Below are positions 1-13,575 of a stretch of 57,984 bases of DNA, one piece after another. The stretch's first letter is position 1, and every line of letters begins with the position of its first letter. This DNA comes from Chiloscyllium plagiosum (taxonomy: Eukaryota). The notes under the pieces were generated by a model. That model was not told where the DNA came from. It saw only the letters and a list, made by a program, of their open reading frames with translations, and did no database searches. The stretch lies in contig NC_057720.1 in NCBI RefSeq assembly GCF_004010195.1, forward strand, positions 12,757,508 through 12,815,491. Reading direction: 5' to 3'. The translations under genes were made by a program, and so were the position numbers.

Positions 1-299
1 AACTGACTCACTACTCTTGGCAGAGAGCTACATATTTATAATATGTAGGGTCATGGCAACCAATGCCAATTATTATAAATTCAGCAAGTCTTGCAATGAC
101 TGGGAGCACCATCAAATAGTTGACTGTTTGACTGGACATTGTTTACTGTGAAGATATCCAAATTATTCACTGTTGTCAAGGGAAAACAAAGGGGTATTGC
201 TTCACTTATCAGTGTGATTCAAACCAGGCAGCAGTTCTGAGCCAGTCAACAAAGGACAGAGATACTGAGTTGTTAGGGATGTGATATTATGTTCTGAAC

Positions 300-1135
300 C
301 TGAACCTCAAGAATAAAAGGCAAGTCTGCCTTTGATTTGTAGTTTGTACTTTCAACACATGAATGTGGACAACTTCCAAGGGAGTTGGTGATGGTGGGGA
401 GGTGGGAGCAGATTAATCTCGGTCACAGTAACCTGGAGAGTACAGTTTGGTTCCCACCATTTACTCTGTTCCTTAGCCACCAGTTTCACTCCTCTCTCTT
501 GCCAATGTCTGAGGCTGAGCCAGATTGTTTGCAACTTTGGCACACAATTTAACATGGAGCTGATGTTCCAACACCATATCCTCTCTATTAACTGCCCTGC
601 TTTTAACCCCGGGTCATCTCCTGTCTCTGCCCTTACATCAGTTCATCTGCTGCTGAAACTCTCACCTTTGTTGCTGTTAGACGGAAGTATTCCTCAGTTC
701 TCCTGGCTAACCTCCCAAGTCCTTTGCCTCGTAAACCTAAGCTCATACAAAACTCTTTTTTGTATTCTAATTTGCACCAACCCTGTTCACCTATTTCCCT
801 CTTGTTCTCTGACCAATATTTCTCCAATTTTGTTCAGCTTTAACATTCATAATTTTTCTTTCCATGACCTTGTACGTGACCATGTCAATCCCTTCTCACA
901 TACACACTGTCTCTCTGCAAGCTCCTCATAAAACCCACAAAGATCTCTGTGTTCCTACAAATTTCTTGCATGCTCTAATTTTATAGTGCCATCATTGGTG
1001 GCCATGTCTTCAGCACCTTGGCCTTAGGCTCTGTAATTTCCTCAACCTCTCCATGTATCTATCCTCCTTCCTTTAAGATCCTCCTTAAAAACAAAATGCC
1101 CTGAAGTTGTGAAGGCAGCTATATAAATGCAAACT
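300..1135 (+). mobile_element. Decayed L2-like LINE 3' fragment
   Basis: CT-rich decayed sequence resembling an L2 RT C-terminus, ending in the L2-type tail 'gctatataaatgcaa'; no intact ORF. Confidence 0.45.
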
Positions 1136-1363
1136 GTTTGGTTTGATGAGTGCTTTTCTTGTTTTTGATGTAATGCTGTGGCAGAGTGCTTGTTTCTCAG
1201 TCAACAAATGATGCTGTACCTCAGAGATTTGCATCCTATAGTAATGAGGTGGTGCTGCACTCTGCATGGGGCTTCGCCTTTGGATGAGATTTTAACCTGA
1301 GACCCTGCCTTTCTGGCTGTGAAGATGCTATTCCACTCTCTTAGGTAAGGCAGTGATTTGTCA

Positions 1364-2530
1364 TTGAATTGAATTGATTTGATTGTCACGTGTACCGAGG
1401 CACAGTGAAAAATGTTGTCTTGCGAGCAATACAGGCAGATCACAGAGTTAAGTAGCATAGATAAGTAAATAATAGGCAAATAACGGCAAAAACAAAAACA
1501 CAGGTACAGACGAATGTTAAGAATTTGCGAGTCCATTCAGTATTCTAGCAACAGTAGGGGAGAAACTATTGTGAAACTGGCTGGTGCATGCGTTCAGGCT
1601 TCTGTGACTTCTCCCCGATGTTAGAGGTTGTGGAAAAGCATTGCCAGGGTGGCATGGATCTTTGAGAATGCTGGCAGCCTTTCCTTGACAGCGGGCCTGG
1701 TAGATGGATTCCATTGATGGGAAGCCTTTGTGATTGTCTGAGCCGAGTTCACCACTCTCTGGAACCGTCTCCTGTCTTGAATGGTACAGTTGCCATACCA
1801 GGTGGTGATACATCCAGATAGAATGCTCTCGATGGTGCACCTATAAAAGTTGGCAAGGGTATTCGCCATCATGCCAAATGTCCTCAGCTGCCTGCGGAAG
1901 AAGAGATGTTGTTGGGCCTTTGTAACCAGTGCGTCCACATGAAGAGTCCAAGAAAGCTTGTTGTGGATGACCACTCCCAGGAGCTTGACACTCTCCATTT
2001 GTTCCACCTCTGTGTTGTTAATGTGTAGGGGGGCATGAGTATCATCCCGCCGAAAGTCAGTAATGAGTTCCTTGGGTTTTGCCGGCATTGAGAGCTAGGT
2101 TGTTCTCAGTGCACCATTTTTCCAAGTCTTCCACCTCCCGTCTGTAGTCTGTTTCATCGTCATCTGAGATTCAACCAACTATGGTGGTGCCATCAACGAA
2201 TATGCAAATGGAATTAGTCTGGTATTTGGCGACGCTGTTATGGGTATACAGTGAGTACAGTAGGGGGCTAAGTACGCACCCCTGGGGGCTCCAGTGTTGA
2301 GTATTAGTGAGGATGAAATATTGTCCCCAATCTTAACTGATTAAGGCCTGTGGGTCGGGAAACTGATGAACCGGTTGCAGAGAGTGGGGCTTAGTCCATG
2401 ATCACTAAGTTTAATAATCAGTCTTGAGGGGATAAGAGTTTTGAAGGCTGAACTGTAGTCAATGAGTAGAATTCTTAAATAGCTGTTCTTCGTGTCAAGA
2501 TGTTCCAGGGAGGAGTGAAAGGCAAGTGAT
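1364..2530 (-). mobile_element. Rex1/Babar-like LINE, 3' part of RT ORF plus tail
   Basis: Minus strand gives a TGAP-GC-LSPLLYSLYTH-like RT motif near 2240-2300; ORF 1621-2088 has KAQQHLFF...NFYRCTIESILSGCITTWYGNC; short-repeat tail (AATCA/TTCAA-type) at about 1364-1384. Confidence 0.8.
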
Positions 2531-3289
2531 ATGGCATCTGACGTTTGCCACCCACCTCATCCCTCAGTTCTCAAGGGTCAGCCCTTCACTCTGAGGTTGT
2601 GCCCTTGGGTCCTAGATTCCCCTACAAATGGAAACATCTTCTTCCGTCCACTGTATCCAGGCCTCTCAGTTTCAATCAGATTGTCCCCTCACCATTCTAA
2701 ACTCCATCGAGTGCAGACCTAGAGTTTCCAGTTCCCGAATACATGAACGCACTAGGACAGAGCATTTGGTTCCCTTCTTTGTTAGTGGAAGGGTGGATAT
2801 ATAGGCTGGAATAGAAATATAAACAGAAAGTGCTTGAGAAACCCAGTATGTCTGGCAGCCTGTGTGGAAAATGAAACAGTGTTAACATTTTGAGTCCACT
2901 TCTTTTGAACTTTGCTTTCGCTTTAACTTGCCTGGAGGAGTCTCCATGCCTGACTTCAGCAGGAGAAGGTGCTCTTCATTGCTGGCCTTATCAGTAAGGC
3001 CCACTTCCAGTGAAAGAATTCATCTTTGAAGTGCACGAATCCCAGGGCAGTATTGGAGTATTGACAACTGTCTAAGAAATTCGTCGCTAAGTTGGTTTTT
3101 GGAGATGCAGAGAAGGAGAGAAAGGGAGGAGAGCAGATGGTGAGAGCATCGGAAGTGGATAAAGGAGGCCAATCCAGGAGGGAGGGTATGCTCTAGGCAG
3201 GCAGCAGCAGGCAGCGAAGCACAGATAGAAGCTGTATCTTACCAGCCCAGCACAGGACTCAGGTGAAATACCGATAAATGACTGTTAGC

Positions 3290-3960
3290 CAGATGAGTCT
3301 TCACCTTTCCCAAGCCACTGGATGATACGCTGGCCCCATCCAATTGCATGTCAGGGCATGACCATTCAATGGCTGTGCCATTGGAAGTCATGATAGCATT
3401 TTAAAAAAGTCATCCACAGATGAGAGTGTTGCTGGCTGCACTTGTATTTGTTGCCCACCCCCAATTAATGGTCAACCACATTCTTGTGGTCACATGGAGG
3501 CCAGACCAGGTAAGCATGGCAGCTTCCTTCTGTAAGGATATAAGTGAATCAGATGGGTTTTCCCCCAACAATTGATTCATGACCATTATTAGGCTCTTAT
3601 TTCCAGGTGTTTTATTGAATTCAAATTCTACCATCTGCCATGGTAGGATTGGAATCCTACTCCCCAGGACATTACCTGGGTCTCTCGATTGACAGGTTAT
3701 TGCCATTAGGCCATATCCCCTCCCCACAGGACCACCTTGCAAAGAGGTTATTTCAGTCTGCCATGACAGACCTGAGTGGCGTGACTCAGTCTGCAGAATG
3801 TGCTAAGGCCACGTTTCTCTATAAAATTACCATCACCAATGACTACGACAGTCAGATAGCCAGGGCAGGAAGCCTTGCCCTCTCAGTGGGTTTTCCAAGG
3901 ATTCAGGATATCATTGTTCGCGTCCCTGTCACCAACACCCAGGCCGGGGAGGGGTTGTTA
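3290..3960 (+). mobile_element. Decayed PIF/Harbinger-like transposase remnant, interrupted by a SINE at about 3410-3720
   Basis: ORF 3640-3981 has LFQSAMTDLSGVTQSA and SQIARAGSLALSVGFPRIQDII, resembling HARBI1-type SFQ..GDL.GVSQS and GF..IAGFP.VQG.ID segments. Confidence 0.5.
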
Positions 3961-4499
3961 TGTACAGGTCCACTCCATTGATATCTAGACAGTCCACCAC
4001 CACCATCACCAACACAGCAAGGTGCAGCTGTGTGCAAGGTGCCTGGGGAGCAGCCATGGTTAGGACATCCTTGGGCACTCCCAGTTGCCAGGAATGCTTT
4101 TGGAGCCTGATTCCCTTCTTCATCCTCTTAACAAAAACCTATCCAGAAAGGAGATGGGGAAGAAGGAAAAGCAAGGCTGAAAGGATAACCAGGGAGTCTG
4201 GAACCAGGAGTCATAGTCTAAAGGAATGGGTTAGGCCATCTAGAACTGAGAAGACTAGAACATTTGTCACTTAGTTAGTGGAGAGCAGGTGGAATTCCTG
4301 TGAGTGCGTGAATAAGCCTGTAGATATGTGTCTGAGAAATCCAATGGGGACGTCCAAGACATTAAGGTGATGGACTACTAAGCCAATGTGCTTTGAACGT
4401 GAGGATTCAAATCCTACTCATGTCTCTCCTTCAAGTAATGTCAAATGCTGAATTCCTTTTCTGCCTGGAGTTTAGAAGAATGAGAAAGGATCCCATAGA

Positions 4500-5280
4500 A
4501 ATTCTAACAAATATTGCATTTTGGTAAAATGAACAAGGGCAGGACTTATGCAGTTAAAAGTAGGGATTTGCATAGTGTTGTATAACAGAGAAATCGAGAG
4601 GTTCAGGTACATAATTCTTTGAAGTTTACATCACATATAGACAGGGTGGTGAAGAAGGCCTTTATCATGTTTACCTTAATGGTTCAGACCTTTGGGTATA
4701 GGAGTTGGAACTTCACGTTGAGGTTGTGCAGGGTATTGGTGAGGCCGCTTCTGGAGCACTGTGTCCAGATCTGGTCGCCCTGTTATAGGAAGGGTATTAT
4801 TCAGCTGGAGAGAGTTCAAACAAGACTTAGCAGGACGTTGCCAGGAAAGGAGGGTTGGAGTTATAAGTTGGATAAGCTGGGACTTCTTTCACTGGAGCAT
4901 AGGAGATTGAGAGGTGACCTCATAGAAGTTTATAAAATCATGGGGGGGTATAGATAAGGTGAATGGCAGGTGTTTTTTTTTCCCTAGAGTGTGGGATTTC
5001 CAGACTAGACGGCATGTTTTTAAGATGAGAGGAGAAAGATTAAAAAAAAGGGGCAATTTATTTTTACACAGAGAGTGGTATGTGTGTGGAAGTGGTGGAT
5101 GCATGTACAGTTACATTGTTTAAAAGACACTTAGATAAGTACATGAATAAGAAATGTTTGAAACAATATGAGCCAAGTGTAAGCAGGTGGGGGCTAGGTC
5201 AGTTTGGGATTATGATTGGCATGGACTAGATGGACTGAAGAGTCTGTTTTCATGCTGTATGACTTTATGACTCTATAAAT
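4500..5280 (+). mobile_element. CR1 LINE 3' fragment
   Basis: LVRPLLEHCVQIWSP...LERVQ...RRLRGDLIEVYKIM; tail 'atgactttatgactcta'. Confidence 0.9.
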
Positions 5281-5520
5281 GCTGGAAGGCTGACTAGGGA
5301 GGTCACAATGTACGGATACAGGGTAAGCAGTGAGATGAGGAGAACTTTCTTCACTCAGTGAGTGGTGGGCCTGTGGAATTCTCTGCCACAGAATGGAGCT
5401 GAGACCAAACATTGAACGTTGTCAAGAAGGAGATGAATAATAGGCCTTAGGCCTAAAGAGATGAAAGAAAATGGGAGAAAGCAGAGACAGGGAGGAGTGA
5501 GTTGGATGATTAACCATCTG

Positions 5521-5673
5521 GGAGAAAGTGAGGACTGCAGATGCTGGAGATCAGAGCTTAAAAATATGTTGCTGGAAAAGCGCAGCAGGTCAGGCAGCAT
5601 CAAAGGAGCAGGAGAATCGACGTTTCGGGCATAAGCCCTTCTTCAGGAATCCCGAAACGTCGATTCTCCTGCT
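5521..5673. mobile_element. Penelope-derived short element (family A) with partial inverted arm and TSD
   Basis: TSD tgattaaccatctgg at 5507-5521 and 5673-5687; minus strand carries CTGAAGA-AGGGC-TTAT-GCCC-GAAACGTC. Confidence 0.75.
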
Positions 5674-5874
5674 GATTAACCATCTGGCCTATTCAGAGTG
5701 ATACAATGTGATGGGCACTTTGAGCTGTCACATTGAGCTCTACTAGGAAAGGGTTCCAGGAATACCTGAACATATTAATATTTACATCCACCCACACACT
5801 TAGAAACTCAAAGGGCTTACAGGATGTTCAATCCCATTGATAGATTGAGTCAAGTGATCTGATCTCCTTGGAAG

Positions 5875-6560
5875 AGTCGTAGAGCTATACAGCACGGAAA
5901 CAGACCCTTTGGTCCAACTCATCCATGCTGGCCAGATATATTCATCTAGTCTAATTTGCCAGCATTTGGCCCACAATGATCTAAACCCTTCCTATTCATG
6001 TACCCATCCAGAAGCCTTTTAAATGTTATAATTGTACCAGGCTCTACCACTTCCTCTGGCAGCTTATTCCATATATGGATTATTGGTGCTGGAAGAGCAC
6101 AGCAGTTCAGGCAGCATCTGAGGAGCTCTTCCAGCACCACTAAACCAGAATCTGGTTTCCAGCATCTGCAGTCATTGTTTTTACCTATTCCATATATGCA
6201 CCACCCTCTGCATGAAAACGTTGCAACTTAAGTCCCTTTTACATCTTTCCCCTCTCACCTTAAACCTATGGCTTCTAGTTTGGATTCCCCTATCATAGGG
6301 AAAAGACCTTGGCTATTCACCCTACCCTGCCCGCCATGATTTTCTCTATAAGGTCACCCCTCAGTCTCCGACGCTCTAGGGAAAATAGCCCCAGCGTATT
6401 CAGCTTCTCCCTGTGGCTCAAACCCTGGCAACATCCTTGTAAATCTTTTCTCAACCGTTACAAGTTTCACAACATCCTTCCTGTAGCAGGGAGACCAGAA
6501 TTGAACGCAGTATTCCAAAAGTGGTCTAATCAATGTCCTGTACAGCCACAACATGATCTC
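5875..6560 (-). mobile_element. CR1 LINE 3' fragment with a nested short Penelope-type insertion (about 6078-6185)
   Basis: ORF 6354-6554 LYRTLIRPLLEYCVQFWSP; tattccatatatg duplicated on both sides of the insert. Confidence 0.85.
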
Positions 6561-8458
6561 CCAATTTGTATAAGAAGATCATTTTCACAGTGTAAAAGAA
6601 CAGGTTTATGATTTTACGATAGACAATGGTTTAGAAATTTGAGCATCCTGATAGATTACCCTGCAGGGTGCAGAGGAAAAGACCTCTGTATCTGAAAGAA
6701 CAGATTGCATTCATAATTGACTACAGGCATTATTAATTCAGTGTCGACAGTTGCACCTCCTCCTCCAACTTCAATATATGTGGCAGAGTGCCACTTTAGT
6801 TCACAGAAATCAGTGTTCTGGAGAAGGGTCACCGGACCCCAGACGTTAACTTTGATTTCTCTCCACAGGTGCTGCCAGACCTGCTGAGCTTTTACAGTAA
6901 TTTCTGTTTTTGTTCCTGATTTCCAGCATCTGCAGTTCTTTCAGTTTTTCACTTTGGTTCACACTTGATTCAATCTATTCAGCATCCCATAAGCTCTTTG
7001 AGTTTTTGAGCTGGTCCAGTTTGTACTTGCAACTCGGTATAAATGTTTATATATTCGGGTGTGCCTCGAATCTTTCCCTGGTTGATTTCAGTGTGACAGC
7101 TTGGAATATCTGTCATTTATACAATTCTAAATCGATCAGATGCAGCTTCAACATACATCTATTTTATTTTCAGGGTGAATTTTAAAAGCTGCCCTAATAA
7201 AGGATTGACAATGCATTCAAATTTAATCTATATATAAAGCAGGGAAACCTGTTTGAGTGCTGTTCCATTTACGCAATCAGAATTTGATGGTTGTTGGAAC
7301 AAAAATAAACAGAAAAATGCTTGAAATATTCAACAGTTCACGCAGCAGTTGTGAAGAGAAAATGAAAGATTAATTATTTAAAATTAATTTGTGGGATGAG
7401 GGCATAATTGTCCAGGCTAGCATTAATTGCTCAGAGGGCAGTTAAGAGTCAACCACATTGCTGTGGGTCTGGTGTCATACGTAGGCCACACCAGGGAAGG
7501 ACGGCAATTTCCTTCCCTGAGGGGCATTTGCAAACCTTTCAAATCATTGACCTTTCAAGAAAAGTGAGATCTGTAATAGTCTTTTTAGGAAAGTGAAAAT
7601 GGAAAAGGTGGAAAGAATGCCAAATGGAATGGCCTGTGATAGGGTGGAGGACTTAGGAAGATCAAGTAACTGCAGGACTGGAAGTGGTCACAGCCGAAGG
7701 AGGCAATAAGCAAACATAAAGGATGTGATTGAGAGGAGGTATAAATGGTTGAATGGTGAGAAGCTGCCTCTTGAAAGTGAAGACAATGTTGTTGGACTCC
7801 TCTGTTCCTTGAAACAGAATCCAGAGATGAGTTGCTCTTTCTTGAGTTAACATTGAGCTTAATTTGAACGACACAGCAGGTGAAGAACAGGGAGGTCAGG
7901 GAATAAGGGGACAAAATGGAGGATTATAATGACAGGCCAACAGAAGTTCAAAATTAGGCTCATGGACTGAGCAGACCTAATCAGGAAGGCTAAGAGGATG
8001 CTAAGCTTTATTAGGAGAGGAATTCAACATAAAGTCTTAGAGATGTACAGCATGGAAACAGACCCTTCGGTCCAACCCGTCCATGCCGACCAGATATCCC
8101 AACCCAATCTTGTCCCACCTGCCAGAACCCGGCCCTTATCCCTCCAAACCCTTCCTATTCATATACCCATCCAAATGCCTCTTAACTGTTGCAATTGTAC
8201 CAGCCTCCACCACTTCCTCTGGCAGCTCATTCCATACACGTAACACCCTCAGCCTGAAAAAGTATATAAAAGTAATGATGCTGTGCTTCATTTATAGAGT
8301 GTGTTGGTCCAATACTGCACACAGTTTTGGTCTCCTTATTTAAGGAGGATGTAAATGCAATAGAGGCAGATGTGAAAAGGTTTATTAGATTTATTATCCG
8401 GGATAAGTGGGTTGCCTGTTGAGGAAAGGTCATACAGGCTTGGCGAGTTTTCATCAGA

Positions 8459-8610
8459 ATCGATGTTTCGGGCACAAGCCCTTCTGAAGAAGGGCTTATG
8501 CCTGAAAGGTCGATTCTCCTGCTCCTTGGATGCTGCCTGACCTGCTGCGCTTTTCAAGCAACACATTTTTCAGCTCTGATCTCCAGCATCTGCAGTCCTC
8601 ACTTTCTCCA
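8459..8610. mobile_element. Penelope-derived short element (family A) with TSD
   Basis: TSD agttttcatcaga at 8446-8458 and 8611-8623; short inverted arm. Confidence 0.75.
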
Positions 8611-8679
8611 AGTTTTCATCAGAGTTTTGAAAAGCAAGGGGTGATTTGTTAGAAGTGTATATGCTTCTAAATGGTCATG

Positions 8680-8950
8680 ATTTGATTTGATTTATTGTTG
8701 TCTTATGTACCTAAGTGCAGTGAAAAGTTTTGTTTTGTGATCAGTACAGGTGAATCATTACAAACAAGGACATACAGATCATAGGGTGCTGAGGTGTACA
8801 AGGCTACAGCTACACAGGAGGTGCACAAAGCAAGATCAACATTATTTGAAGTTAGAGAGTCCATTCAGCAGGCTTATAACAGCAGGGAAGAAGCTGCTCT
8901 CCAACCTGTTGGTGCATATGTTCAAGCTTCTGTATCTTCTGCCTGACAAA
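8680..8950 (-). mobile_element. Rex1/Babar-like 3' tail
   Basis: Homologous to 1364-1620; (gattt)n tail. Confidence 0.65.
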
Positions 8951-9059
8951 GCAGGATAGAAGAGGTTGATGAAGGAGATATGGAAAGCGAGTCTGCACTT
9001 GTGAGTGAGTCTGGATGAGTCAACGCAGTTTTAAAATGAGGAGTTAGGCAGTATGGATG

Positions 9060-9355
9060 GCCTTGTGGTATTATCCCTTAATCTACTGTCCATCTGGAGT
9101 CAAATCTTCTCATGGCAGATAGAGATTTTGAATTAAATTTAAAACAACATCTGGAATTAATAGTCTAATGATGACCATGAAAATATTATTAATTGTCAGG
9201 TAAAGCCCACCTGGTTCAATAATGTCTTTTAGAGAAGGAAATCTGCTGCCCTTACCTGGTCTGGCCTACATGTGTCTCCTTACTCTCCTGTGGACAATTA
9301 GGGAGGTAAGAAATGCTAGTTTAGCCCCCGTTGCCCATAACCAACGAATAAGAAA
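9060..9355 (+). mobile_element. Dispersed SINE-like repeat (other copies at about 3410-3720, 15240-15545, 32400-32620, 40410-40725)
   Basis: Shared core 'ctggaattaatagtctaatg..gaccatga...ggttcactaatgtc..tagggaaggaaatctgcc' found repeatedly on both strands. Confidence 0.65.
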
Positions 9356-10535
9356 GAAATTGCCCCTTTGGGACAAATATGAGGAGAATATTTTTCTTCC
9401 AATGTGTTGAGTGACTGAAGGGATTAGTACAGCTGTATTAATCCCCTCAGTCATTAATAGACCCCATTAACAGATTTTGATTCTGTCAGGCTGACCTTTA
9501 CCTAATCTGTTGTCTGCACAACTGTTGCTCTCTCTCTCTCTCTTCCTCTCTCTCTCTGGGCTCAATCTCCACCTAACATTTACTTCTCCTCCCCCTTCCT
9601 CTCCAACCCCACCTTTAGGATTTTCCCAGCTACAAACACTTCTGAAGAAGATTCATTGGACCCAAAATGTTAACTACTTTTTCTTCACAGATGCTGCTCG
9701 ACTTGCTGAGTCCTTTTTTCCAGCAATTTTTGTTTTTGTTTCTGACTTGCAGCAATTCTTTGGGGTTTTTTTTTGATGAACTGATCAATCATCTCATTAT
9801 TGAGGCACCTTACTGCGCACAAATTGGCTGCAGCCAATTTTATTGACGTCAATAAGGTTGGTAAATATTTAGGAGTTCCATGGTATAAGACATTGGGTGG
9901 AGCGATTGTATAAGTGCCAAGTTTCATCGTAACAATAGTTCAGAAAAGTAGGTGCACAAAAATAAAAACTGGAAATGTTCAGTAGTATCTGTGAAGAGAG
10001 AAATATTTTCTGTCCCTCTCCCCACTAAGTATTATGGAGGGTCACTCTCTCCACAAACCCAAGCTCAGACTTCAGCTCATCAACTCTGAACTGGAGTTCC
10101 TCAAGCAACCAACAATTGCTACAGATATGTTCATTGCAATTCAAAATGTGGCACACCAGCTCCCTAAACATTCAGCTCCCACACATTCCCTGGCCCTTAT
10201 TTACTTGGTTCTTAATTTTATTTTTTAAACCCAGTGACACTTCTTCAAAGCCAGTGAAATAAAAAGGAGAAAGTGAATCCTGCAGATGCTGGAGATCAGA
10301 GTCAAAAGGTGCGGCGCTGGAAAAGCACAGCAGGTCGGGCAGCATCCGAGGAGCAGGAGAGTCAATGTTTAGGGTATTCCTGACGATGGGGTTACGCACG
10401 AAATGTTGACTCTTCTGCTCCTCAGATGCTGCCTGACCAGCTGTGCCCTTCCAGTGCCGCACCTTTTGACAATGAAATAAATAGTAAGATAAAGTCACCA
10501 TAATCCTACGAGACAATAGGGCTGCTCTCTCTTTT

Positions 10536-10566
10536 GAGAGAGAGAGAGAGAGAGAGAGACAGAGAT
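10536..10566. repeat. (GA)n microsatellite
   Basis: Direct observation. Confidence 0.95.
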
Positions 10567-12159
10567 GACTGGGGGTGGTTTAACCTGAGGGTCACCACAC
10601 CTCAGGTGTGGGGAGAGATGAGAAGGCAAATCCTTCATGGTAACCTCAGCCAGTCCAGAAATTGAACCCATGGCATCACCTACATTACAAACCAGCTGTT
10701 TAGCCAACTGAACTAACTGACCCATATCAGCCTGAACAGACCCTAGCATGGTCCTTACTGATTGAAGGACATCGGTTGGGTCAAAATTGACCAGGCCTTC
10801 TGGCTCCTGCCTTGTTGCTGGCACAATGCCAACAGTGGGTGATGAGCAACTGTTGGGACCTTTGTACCCTGGCAGCTCCCTCAGGTTATAGCCTTCTCCC
10901 CAATATCTCCCAAAGTAGGCCCTCCAATAGTTAACAATGTAAATGCTAAAATACTGGCTGATCCAGTTTGATAAGCCCTGAGACAGAAGCTACATTGTTA
11001 AAGTCCATGACAGGGAGATGACAGAAAGTTTTGATTTCAATGTTTATTCTGAGCTAGTTTTTTAAACCTGTCTTCTTCACGGTTCATTCAAGGAATGAGG
11101 TAATTGTTTGCGCATCAGGAGTTGATCACTGATGCATGAATCGCAAAATATTACAGTGCACGCTTTTTGCAATTAATGTCAGGTTTCAATTTGAGGGAGC
11201 AGGAGAACTCAGTGTTGATTGCTTTTGGTCGCCTCGTTTGGAATTTTATGAAAAAGTCTTGAGCTGAAAGTTGACCCAAAAGGTGATCACGGTCCAAAAA
11301 TACTTGTGCTCCACTGACTGAACTATCACAGGTCTCGTAACAGTTAACATGCACATGCAACAAGCAATAATGCAGGCAGAAGGAATGTTTGTGTATATTC
11401 CTGAGTATATTTCGGGCTGAGATAGGTACATTCTCAATCATTTGGGGAATGAAAGGTTAAGGGGAAAAGGCAAGAAAATGAATATGAACAACATTGGATA
11501 AGCCATGAACTTATTGAATGGTGGAGCAAGCTGGAGAGGCTGAATGGCCTACACCTGCTGCTGTTTCCCGTGGCTTTATGGTTGTATAGTAGGGGAGATG
11601 GAGTATCAAATTAGGCAAGTGTTGCTGTGGCGAGATGTCGCAATTTTAATCTCCTCATTTAGTTCAGGATACTTTTGCATTGGAGATAGTTCAGAGAAGA
11701 CTCAGAGGTTTGATTCCTGGAGTGAAAGATATTTGTTCAGATGAGTGATTAAGCAAGTTGGGCCTATATCTATCAGAGTTTAAACGAAAGATGGATATTT
11801 CTCTTATTAGTTAAACGGTCTTAGACGGCATGATATGATTGCTGATGAGAACATGTTTCTCCTCTCGAGGGAGTCCAGATGAAAAGCGTTTGGTTTCAGA
11901 ATAAAGGTATCTCATTGTAAAAAAGAAAGATGAGGAGGAATTTCTTCTCTCAGAGGGTCACCAGTGGAGATTGGGGATTGAATATATTCAAGGTTGAAGA
12001 AGACAGATTTCAAATTTGCAAGGATTGCAAGGGTTATGGGAATGAGTTGGGAAAGAGAACCTCAGCCTATGATCAGACCAGATGTAATCTTACTGAATGG
12101 CAGAGCACTCTCAAGCAGACCTCAGGCCTACTCCAGCTCCTAATTGTTTCAGTGATAGT

Positions 12160-12365
12160 GGGTGTCATGGTGGCACAGTGGTTAGCACTGCTACCTCATA
12201 GTACCAGAGACCTGGGTTCAATTCCAGCCTTGGATAACTGTCTTTATGGAGTTTGTATGGGATTAGCCACCCCAATTATGGCGGTGGGGCTGGGTATGCA
12301 TAGGATGGTCTTTGGAAGGTCAGTGAAGACTCAAATTGCTGCTTTTTGCAAATTAGGGATTCGAT
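12160..12365 (+). mobile_element. tRNA-derived V-SINE (HE1-like), internally deleted
   Basis: A-box 'tggcacagtggtt' and B-box 'ggttcaattcc'. Confidence 0.7.
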
Positions 12366-12829
12366 GACATGCCGTGGAGCTGAAGGGTCATAGCTGGTTG
12401 TGAAATTCCAAATTATTGCATTTCCCACAACCGGAACAGGTCAACAAGTTTAAGAAACTGCCCCATAATATACTGAGTTGTGATTTCAAAGGAGCTTAAT
12501 TTGACAGAAATAGAGTCATAGAGTCAAACAGCACGGAAACAGGCCTATCAATCCAACTCATCCATGCCAATCAGGTTTCCCAAAAATAAACTAGTCCTAC
12601 TTTCCTGTGTTCAGCCCCCATCTCTCAAAACCTTTCCTATTCATGTACCTGTCCAAATGACTGTATTTGCCTCTACCACTTCCTGTGGCAGCATGTGAAA
12701 AAGTAGCCGCTGAGGTCCCTTTTAAATCCTTCTTCTCTGACCTTAAGCCTATACCCTCCAGTTTTGGACTCCTCTACCCTATCTCTATTCACATTATCTT
12801 TACCTCTCATGATTTTCTAAATCTCTGTA

Positions 12830-13575
12830 AATGTTTGAAGATTTTGGAATATCAAATCAAGGTAGGAGTTTCATGGTGAGTGGTCGGCCCTTAAGGAGTG
12901 TAGTGGAACAGAGGGACCTCGGAGTTCAGGTGCACGGTTCCTTGAAAGTGGAGTCATCAGTCAGGGCATTGAGTATAGAAGTTGGGAAGTTATGTTGCAG
13001 TTATAGAGGACATTAGTGAGGCCACACTTGGAGTATTATGTTCAGCTTTGGTCACCTTGTTAGAGGAAGGATGTGATTAAACCGGAAAGAGTGCAAAAGA
13101 AATTTACATGGATGTTGCCTGGACTCAATGGTCTGAGTTATAGGGAGAGGTTGGGATAAGCTAAGACTTTTTTCTTCAGAGCGTGGGACCCTGAGGGGGA
13201 CCTGAAAGAAGTGTATAAGATCATGAGAGGCATGGATAGGGTGAATGCATTCAGTTTTTTCCCCAGGGTTGGGGAATCGAGGACCAGAGGGCATCAGTTT
13301 AAGGTTAGAGGGGAAAGGATAAAAGGGAACCTAAGGGACAACCTTTTTACACAGAGGGTGGTACACATATGGAATGAGCTGCCAGCAGAAGTGGTTGAGG
13401 TGGGTACATTAACAACATTTAAAAAGCATTTGGACAAATACATGGAGAGCAAAGGGTTAGAAAGTTATGGCCAACTGCAGGGAAATGGGGTTACCGTAGG
13501 TGGACATTTCGATTGGCATGGACCAGTTTGGGCCAAAGGGTCTGTCTCTATGCTGTAAGACTCTGTGACTCTATG
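12830..13575 (+). mobile_element. CR1 LINE 3' fragment ending about 70 bp before the first PTGFR acceptor copy
   Basis: YKIMRGMDRV...SRTRGHQFKVRG...WNELP; tail 'gactctgtgactctatga'. Confidence 0.9.
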
